Shown here in pieces: positions 57,395 to 64,000 of a stretch of DNA of 64,000 nucleotides (positions within the stretch are counted from its first letter, which is position 1; the number at the start of each line of letters is the position of its first letter). The position numbers and the translations under genes are program-made. The notes under the pieces were generated by a model, which saw only the letters and a list, made by a program, of their open reading frames with translations, ran no database searches and was not told the origin of the DNA. The stretch is taken from contig JAWLHY010000001.1 of assembly GCA_041690135.1 (NCBI GenBank), positions 32,001 through 96,000 on the forward strand, in the 5' to 3' direction. This DNA comes from Armatimonadota bacterium. GTDB taxonomy: Bacteria > Armatimonadota > SYMT01.

Positions 57395-58723
57395 TCAAGG
57401 GTGCAGCCCCCGGCCGTGCGGGGTCAGGTCGACCTGGGCAATTCCTTGCTCCCCGCGGGCCAGGTAGCGGAGAGTGCGGTTATTCTGCCACCGGGGAGTG
57501 GTCAAGTGAGCGCTGTGCCCGGACCACTCAACCCCATTCACAACCACCAATCGCGCGGGATCGCTTACGGCGTACGAGAGCCACCGGCCGTCGGGGCTGA
57601 AGCGAAGACTGTTAGGCTCGATGCGCCGGTAGACCTTGAGCGGCCGGCCGTCAAGGATGACAGCCTGTTGCCCGGGGGACAGGCTCGCGACATAGGCAAG
57701 GCGGCGGCCGTCGGGGGAGAAGAGGAGGCTGGAGTCGTCGATATCCGCGAGACGCGGGCCCAGGTTGCCTCCGTTTACGAGCCGCCACTCGCCACCGGAC
57801 TCTGCGGGAAAGACCATCTGGGGTCCCACGGGGTTGAAATGAATCGAGCCGACCCGAGTGTAGGGTCCCCGTTCCATCTCCTCATTTGAGTGGGTCCGAT
57901 CCGTTTCAGCGAGGATGACGCGCTCCCGGCCGTACTCGTCGGTGGCGACGTAGGCCAGCAGCCTACCGTCACTGCTGAATACGGGCCGGTCAACAGAAGG
58001 CGCCGGACGGGACCAGGGGACGCCGTCCAGGTAGATTTTCTGGGTTCGCCCATCATCCCCCATGAACGCAATTCTTTTTCCATCCGGACTGAATACCGGA
58101 TCTCCCACCGCCGCAAAACCCGTCCAACTGTGGCCCTGGTTCGTCTCGACCCGCCATGACGAAGCATCGCGCGCCGCGAGGGCAAGTGAGCGCCCGTCCG
58201 GACTGAAAACCAGCGAAGAGGCGCGGATCTCCTCGAGATGACAGAGGGAAGTTCCATCGCAAACGGCGAGCGACTTGCGCCCACTCCGACCTACAAAAGC
58301 GGAGTGGCGTCCATCGGCACTGACCCGGACGCTCGCAGGATCGATGGAGTGGTAGGCCGGCCCTTCGTGGAAGCCGACCACCACGTGCATCCCTTTGGGT
58401 GAACGGGCGACGTAGGTGATCTGGTGGTTCTCGGTAAAGCGAATGGTCGCCGGTTCGATCGAGTAGTAGGGGCGTCCCGGCACTCCGTTTATAGTGACCC
58501 AATCCACGCCGGCCCCGCGGACGTGGAAGGCCACCCGGTTGAGATCCCGGGAAACGACGGCCGCGCTCCGCTTCCCTTCTGGAATGGCTCCGAGGGGCGC
58601 GATAACGGCGGTGAGATGAGCGCCGCGAGTGCCCGCTTCGCCGGCAGGCGGCAGGGAGGCGGCGCCAACGGTAACCGCAATCAATCCCGAACGTGAGATA
58701 AGGGTGCACATGGATCTGGGCAT
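57395..58723 (-). CDS. Secreted TolB/PD40-type beta-propeller protein
   Basis: Repeated (V/L)FSPDGR-(S/R)LAY motifs. Confidence 0.8.
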   Translation of the reverse strand: MPRSMCTLISRSGLIAVTVGAASLPPAGEAGTRGAHLTAVIAPLGAIPEGKRSAAVVSRDLNRVAFHVRGAGVDWVTINGVPGRPYYSIEPATIRFTENHQITYVARSPKGMHVVVGFHEGPAYHSIDPASVRVSADGRHSAFVGRSGRKSLAVCDGTSLCHLEEIRASSLVFSPDGRSLALAARDASSWRVETNQGHSWTGFAAVGDPVFSPDGKRIAFMGDDGRTQKIYLDGVPWSRPAPSVDRPVFSSDGRLLAYVATDEYGRERVILAETDRTHSNEEMERGPYTRVGSIHFNPVGPQMVFPAESGGEWRLVNGGNLGPRLADIDDSSLLFSPDGRRLAYVASLSPGQQAVILDGRPLKVYRRIEPNSLRFSPDGRWLSYAVSDPARLVVVNGVEWSGHSAHLTTPRWQNNRTLRYLARGEQGIAQVDLTPHGRGLHP

Positions 58724-58731
58724 CGCGAGCC

Positions 58732-61170
58732 TCAGTGAGATGCGGAGTTGGGGCGAGCCCGGCCGGTCAGTCGCACCGGCACCGGGCGAGGGGCGCCGGC
58801 CGGCGTGATCGTAAGAGTGGAGCGGAAGCTTCCCGGCAAGGCAGGATCGAAATGAAGCATTAACGTACGGCTCTGGCGCGGCAACAGGTGGATCACGGCA
58901 GGAGAGCTCTCCACAAAGAACGGAGCTACCGGAGTGCCGATCGTCAGCGTCATAGCCCCCTTGCCGGTATTGCGCAGGCGCAAGCGCCGTGTGACCGGAG
59001 CCGCGCCGACCCGAAGGGTGCCGAAACCCACCGCCCGCCGCACGGAGAGACGGCCGAGATTCTGTGGACTGATCTCGAGCACGAAGGCATCCGAAAGGCC
59101 TCCTGCCGGATTGCCGCTCACACTCTGGAGCGGCTTCTCCAGAGGGAACCCCTCGTAGAATCCGGTTTCGCGAATATCAACCGACGCCGTGCGGCCGACC
59201 ACCAGTACGCGGCGATTAGGGGCCAGTCCGATACCCCTGCCGGAGTCCGCTCCCAGCCCGCCCAGGTAGGAGGCATACTCGATCTCCGCCCCCGCCCGCC
59301 GGAGCGCAACGACAAAGGCGTCGGACGACCCCGATGCACCTAGCTGCAAGGGATTGACCTGCGGGAAGTCGCCGGAAACCGTCTCACCGGTAAGGTAAAC
59401 CGTCCCATCGGCGCCGACGGCCACCGCGCGAGCCCGGTCGTCACTTGAGCCGCCAATGAAGGTGGAGTACAGAGTCGTGGTTCCTTCGGCGTTCAGCTTC
59501 AGCACAAAGGCGTCGCTTCCGCCGGAGTAAGGGAAGAGCGTGTCCACGCAGGGAAAATCTGCCGAACCGGCCCCGCCCGCCAGGTAAACGCTCCCGGCGG
59601 CATCCAGGGCAAGGGCATGGACCTCGTCTTCGCTGCTGCCGGCCAGAAAGCTCAAGAACTCCAGCCCCGTCCCGTCTTCCTTGAGCCGCGAAACGAAACC
59701 GTTCCCGCCAGTGTTCGCCGGCGCCGTCACCCCCTCCATGGCTGGGAAGCTCTCGGAAATCGTACGTCCGGCGATCCAGGCTTTGCCGTCGGGCGTCACC
59801 CCCACGGCGTTGGCACGGTCGTCCTGGGCTCCCCCCACGTAAGTGAAGTACTGTCGCTGGCCCGGCACGAGCCGCGCGACAAAGGCATCCGAAGCTCCAC
59901 CGATTAGAGTCACGGTGGTATCTCCCGTAACCAGCGAAGGAGAACTGGTGGATCCCGCCAGGTAGAACCTGCCTTGAGGATCGATCGCCAGTCCGAGCGC
60001 ATCGTCATCCCCCGCTCCACCGAGGAACGTGGAGGAGACAATGTCGCGGCCCTGCGGAGATAGGACAGTCAGGAAGCCATCCGACTTGCCTCCCGCGAAA
60101 AGCTGCTGCGAAGCATCCCGGCGCGGAAAATCCTCGGAGCCGGTGGAGCCGGCTACAGCGATCCGCCCCTCGCGGGTGAGAGCGACGGCATTGCCGAATT
60201 CGTCGCCGGACCCACCCAGGTAGGTGCAGAAGACGAAGGAGGTGCGGGTTCGGTTCAGTCGCGCAATGAAGACATCGCGCATGCCGGCATTCGCGGGCTG
60301 GCCGGGAGAGAACGTGGGAAACTGAAGGGATGCCGTGGTACCTACTACGTAGGCATTACCGGCGGCGTCCACCGCCACCGCATTCGCCTGGTCCGGTCCT
60401 TCCCCGCCGAGATAGCTGCTGAAGAGCAGCACGGGATCGATCACCTGCGCCCGCCGCCTGTCAAAGGGACCGATCTTGAAGCCGATCTTCTTACCGGCAC
60501 GGACTTCAAAGCCGGCCGGGATTTCCCGCCGTTTCGCACCGACGCCCTGGTACGCCACGGGCCGCTTCTGAACAAAGGAAAAGCCACCCCGCGTGATCCG
60601 GAGATCGCCGGAAGGCTCGATTCGGACCGTATCCGCCCCTTCGATCTCCAGTTGCAGCATCGCTGGATCGACGCCCGGTTGCAACCGGAGATCATACTCC
60701 AGGTCTCCCCGGTTCGTGTAGTACACGAGATCCACACCGGGAAGTAGGTTCCGCGAACGGACGCGATGATAGGCGGGCACATCGGCCCGCCAGCGGGAAG
60801 GATCGCTGCCTACGAGGGAGTGGATCCGGGTCCGGATGCGCTCTTCACCGTAGAAGCGGCTCTTTCGGACGCCCGTGAGGCGCATCCGCGCACCCCCCTG
60901 GGTGGAAGACGGCCCGGGCAGCAGCATGGAGCCGTCTTCCAGCAGCAGAAGGTGGCCGGTACGCCCGCGGAACGCGAAGGCAACGCCAGCGTTCCACTGG
61001 CCTACGTTCTGCTCGAACGCCGGTAGAGGTCGGAGGGAACCCGGATCTCCGGCTTCGCCGGCGCTGGCAGCCGCGCCGGCAGGGTGTGGCCCGGCGAGTG
61101 TGGCGAGTACTGCCGCAAGTGTGGGAAGAACGCAGCGGGCAGGCAGCGGGAAAAACCTAAAAGTATGCAT
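58732..61170 (-). CDS. Secreted SBBP-repeat (beta-propeller) protein with a C-terminal Ig-like domain
   Basis: FEQNVGQ N-domain, LEYD, IDPVLLFSSYLGG and repeated YLGG-x3-D-x-A-x-AVD..G.T.S.DFP units; C-terminal FGTLRVG...LRNTG...FDPALPG. Start moved to ATG 61170. Confidence 0.85.
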   Translation of the reverse strand: MHTFRFFPLPARCVLPTLAAVLATLAGPHPAGAAASAGEAGDPGSLRPLPAFEQNVGQWNAGVAFAFRGRTGHLLLLEDGSMLLPGPSSTQGGARMRLTGVRKSRFYGEERIRTRIHSLVGSDPSRWRADVPAYHRVRSRNLLPGVDLVYYTNRGDLEYDLRLQPGVDPAMLQLEIEGADTVRIEPSGDLRITRGGFSFVQKRPVAYQGVGAKRREIPAGFEVRAGKKIGFKIGPFDRRRAQVIDPVLLFSSYLGGEGPDQANAVAVDAAGNAYVVGTTASLQFPTFSPGQPANAGMRDVFIARLNRTRTSFVFCTYLGGSGDEFGNAVALTREGRIAVAGSTGSEDFPRRDASQQLFAGGKSDGFLTVLSPQGRDIVSSTFLGGAGDDDALGLAIDPQGRFYLAGSTSSPSLVTGDTTVTLIGGASDAFVARLVPGQRQYFTYVGGAQDDRANAVGVTPDGKAWIAGRTISESFPAMEGVTAPANTGGNGFVSRLKEDGTGLEFLSFLAGSSEDEVHALALDAAGSVYLAGGAGSADFPCVDTLFPYSGGSDAFVLKLNAEGTTTLYSTFIGGSSDDRARAVAVGADGTVYLTGETVSGDFPQVNPLQLGASGSSDAFVVALRRAGAEIEYASYLGGLGADSGRGIGLAPNRRVLVVGRTASVDIRETGFYEGFPLEKPLQSVSGNPAGGLSDAFVLEISPQNLGRLSVRRAVGFGTLRVGAAPVTRRLRLRNTGKGAMTLTIGTPVAPFFVESSPAVIHLLPRQSRTLMLHFDPALPGSFRSTLTITPAGAPRPVPVRLTGRARPNSASH

Positions 61171-61527
61171 CTGGCTGGGGTAACATCGTTCGGCCCCGCA
61201 AAGTGCGGGCTGCCGGCTGCTTGTTTCCGGCCGCTGTAATACACCCCTTCGCCTGATCTGGCTATTTTCGTCCCATTCCACTTACCTGGTGTCCGCGAGC
61301 TTAGCTCGGCTGAACCGGCAGGTAGAGGTCCTAATTGCCTCGTCGACCGGCACCTGGCTGCAATTGTTCACATGGATTTCGAACGGGGGGCCGGGCGGCG
61401 CCCTTCCGGAAGCGGCGATACCGCACCGCTACGCGCAGGAGATTGCCTGTGAGGCAAGTCAATACAAGTCCGTCTGACTGCACTCCCGCCCGTCACGCCC
61501 CTGGGCAAAAAATCCCAGAATCCAGCT

Positions 61528-61800
61528 TCAGCTCTCGCCGTGCACCTCTCCGAGTCTGGGCGCCCTTTGGGTTATCTCCGTAGTGAGAACATCTTCCGAT
61601 CGGAGCCAGCCGTTAACGGCGGCCCAGGCGATCATCTGGGTGAGGTAGCGGCAGCCGGACTTATCCCGGAGGTGGTCCAGGTGAGCGTCGACGGTATGGG
61701 GCGAGATGTACAGCGACCGGGCCGCTGCGGCGATCGTGCCGTGGACGGCGATCGCCTGCAGAACCTCGATCTCTTTGGGGGTGGGGGTATTCTGGCGCAT
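61528..61800 (-). CDS. Stand-alone LuxR-type HTH regulator
   Basis: TPKEIEVLQAIA...AARSLYISPHTVDAHLDHLRDKSG...WAAVNGW; GGAG RBS. Confidence 0.82.
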   Translation of the reverse strand: MRQNTPTPKEIEVLQAIAVHGTIAAAARSLYISPHTVDAHLDHLRDKSGCRYLTQMIAWAAVNGWLRSEDVLTTEITQRAPRLGEVHGES

Positions 61801-62278
61801 CGGGCTTTCTCCGTAGGTTCGGGGGAGGGGCACGATCGCCTGACGCGGGGCCTTCGCTTCTTTTGTTGCTTGTCCCCTTAGATCCCATAAGGCGGCCGTT
61901 TTGTTGGGAAGGGAGCAAGAATTTTTTTCCAGGGGCCTTGGCGTTCAGGCGAAGGGCAGGGGGGCTCAGGCGCTCCCGAGGCGGATCCGCACTCCATTCA
62001 ACGCTGCATGCCTCCCTCATCGGTCCGCACGGTAGTACGCTCCGTGGCGCGGTCGTTTTTACGGTGGAAACGGCACCTCGATGCTCGTGGGCATGCAGGC
62101 AACCGGTAGACAGGCGTTCAGACTTCAAGGAAACAGGCCTTCGGGCTCTCCCGCCGGTCGTGTACATTCCGGTGGCCAGTCCTCATCCTCCTGATCCTTA
62201 TCCTCTCCGTCCTTATCCCTATCTCCATCCTCATCGGCCGCAGGCGCCAGGAGGGGGCAAGGGAGCGGGGGGAGAATC

Positions 62279-62327
<49 letters not shown>

Positions 62328-62380
62328 TGGGCATGTGGGGGATGAGGTTGGAGATAGGGGCGGAGTTGGGGAGTGAACGA

Positions 62381-63269
62381 ATGAACGAGAACCGGCTGGG
62401 ACCGGGGACCCGGCTGGGGTCATACGAACTGGAAGAGGAACTGGGTCGGGGCGCGCTGGGGGTGGTGTACCGCGCGCGGCACCTGCACCTGGAGCGGCCG
62501 GCGGCCATCAAGGCGCTGCACGCCCACTGGACCCACGCCCCGAATTTTGTGGAGCGGTTCCGGGCCGAGGGACGCGTGCTGGCCCGGCTGGAACACCGGA
62601 ATATCGTGAGGGTCTACGACGCGGGAGAGGAGCACGGGGCCTTCTATCTGGCGACCCAACTCCTGGAAGGTCGGAACCTGGAGCAGTTGCTCTCCGAACC
62701 GGTACCCCACCGGGCGGTGATCCATGTGGGACGGCAGGTAGCCGCGGCGCTGGCCTATGCCCACGCGCGCGGCGTGGTCCACCGTGATGTGAAGCCGGCA
62801 AACCTGATGGTTGGGGATCGCGGCGAGGTCACGTTGATGGACTTCGGGGTGGCGCGAATGCTGGATGCCCCGGGGATGACGTTGCCCGGCAGCTTCGTGG
62901 GGACCCCCTTTTACATGGCGCCCGAGCAGGTGCAGGGCCGGCCGGCGGATACCCGCTCCGACCTTTATGCGCTGGGAGTGGTGCTGTATGAGATGCTCAC
63001 CGGGGCGCCCCCTTTTCCAGGCCCGAGTTCCGAGGAAGTCTTCCATGCCCACCTGAACCAGGCGCCACCCCCGTTGGACACCGGTTGTCCGGAATGGCTG
63101 CAGGCGGTGGTGCTGAAGACGCTGGAGAAGAACCCGGCGGCGCGGTTTCAGAGCGCCGAACAATTCCGCGCGGCGCTCTCTTCGGAGGGCATTCCGGAAC
63201 TCCTCGCGGCCGCTGGACTGGCCCTCCCGAACCTATCGCAGCCGGTGGACTCGGAGCGAACGGCCATAG
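62381..63269 (+). pseudogene. Hanks-type Ser/Thr protein kinase (PknB-like), interrupted by an IS after the kinase domain
   Basis: [35 protein letters not shown] and DLYALG motifs. The native frame ends at the IS end (63270); the ORF-track tail to 63499 is IS read-through. Confidence 0.8.
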
Positions 63270-64000
63270 CCCGAATTATTCATCGGGTGCCTAAAAGGAA
63301 AACAGTCTGTGCGAGGAGGATAGAGGAAGTGCCAACAACCCTTATCTCTCGCCAGACTGTTCGCCCATGTCTTCGCAACCAGCCTGTTCCTTTCCTCTCC
63401 TGGACCGTAAGCCGGTCGTCGCCGATTTCTCCGCCGGACACCTCTCCTCGGATGGCGGCCTCTTGCTGCTTGCGGAGGCCAACCGGCGTCTGGGGCTGAC
63501 CGCTGCGCTCGCCGCCGCGTTGACGGACCACCGGGCACCCGCGCAAGTGGAGCTCCCTTTACCCACCCTGGTCGCCCAACGGGTCCTCCAGATCGCGTGC
63601 GGTTACGAAGATGCCCTGGACGCCCAGACCCTGCGCCGCGATCCGCTGTTCAAAACCGCCGTGGGCCATGCCCCCCAGCAAGGGCGGGATCTGGGCAGCC
63701 AACCCACCCTCTCTCGCTTCGAGAACGGCGTCACCCGCCAGGAGTTGCTCCGGGCCGCCACCGCGCTGGCGGAGTTCGTCCTCGACCAGCACCGGGAGCA
63801 GCGGGTGGTCCGCGTGGTTCTGGACGTGGACGCGACAGAAGACCCCACCCACGGACAGCAGGAGCTGAACTTCTATAACCAGCACTACCGCTCTCACGGC
63901 TACTTACCCCTGTTGGTCTACGCGACCTTCACGGTGGAAGTAGCTCCGGGCGTGCACCAGGAACTGCCGGAACAGGAGCTCTTGGTGGCGCTCTTGCGGC
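63270..64000 (+). mobile_element. IS1380-family insertion sequence (left part)
   Basis: Left end CCCGAATTATTCAT resembles IS1380-type inverted repeats and is followed by the transposase ORF. Confidence 0.8.
63367..64000 (+). CDS. IS1380-family DDE transposase (partial, runs off right edge)
   Basis: Manual translation: MSSQPACSFPLLDRKPVVADFSAGHLSSDGGLLLL...IACGYEDALDAQTLRRDP...LGSQPTLSRFEN...LDVDATEDPTHGQQELNFYNQHY. Confidence 0.9.
   Translation, partial: MSSQPACSFPLLDRKPVVADFSAGHLSSDGGLLLLAEANRRLGLTAALAAALTDHRAPAQVELPLPTLVAQRVLQIACGYEDALDAQTLRRDPLFKTAVGHAPQQGRDLGSQPTLSRFENGVTRQELLRAATALAEFVLDQHREQRVVRVVLDVDATEDPTHGQQELNFYNQHYRSHGYLPLLVYATFTVEVAPGVHQELPEQELLVALLR

Overview
GC-rich bacterial chromosomal segment with about 40 genes. 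The gene content (two Tat-type DUF1501 proteins, SBBP and Ig-like secreted proteins, a secretin-like protein, Wza/Wzc) suggests a diderm of the Armatimonadota/Planctomycetota type; this is inference only. I found no rRNA, tRNA or CRISPR array. The left 28 kb is mostly ordinary accessory genes, but it includes an Rpn nuclease with a likely internal antitoxin start and a CHAT (caspase-like) protease/alpha-beta-hydrolase pair. The best candidate for an undescribed system is a co-oriented 16.6-kb cluster at 28939-45526. In order, it encodes a Wzc tyrosine autokinase, a Wza/SLBB export protein, two large paralogous S8 proteases, a 96-aa peptide with a lasso-type leader (YQAPCLRRLGNIADVTK/G) whose core cannot form a canonical lasso ring, an HprK-like kinase, an NTP_transf_5-type nucleotidyltransferase, and an O-antigen-ligase-like protein fused to an Ig-like domain. 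No lasso cyclase, B2 protease, RRE, glycosyltransferase or flippase is visible. A second unusual unit is a minus-strand gene string ending in a 2037-aa protein with dispersed secretin motifs, long coiled coils and a C-terminal propeller. Also present are an internally deleted lysozyme remnant, a Ser/Thr kinase interrupted by an IS1380-family element at the right edge, and several small intergenic repeat families. All family calls come from motifs recognised by eye; no database searches were run.
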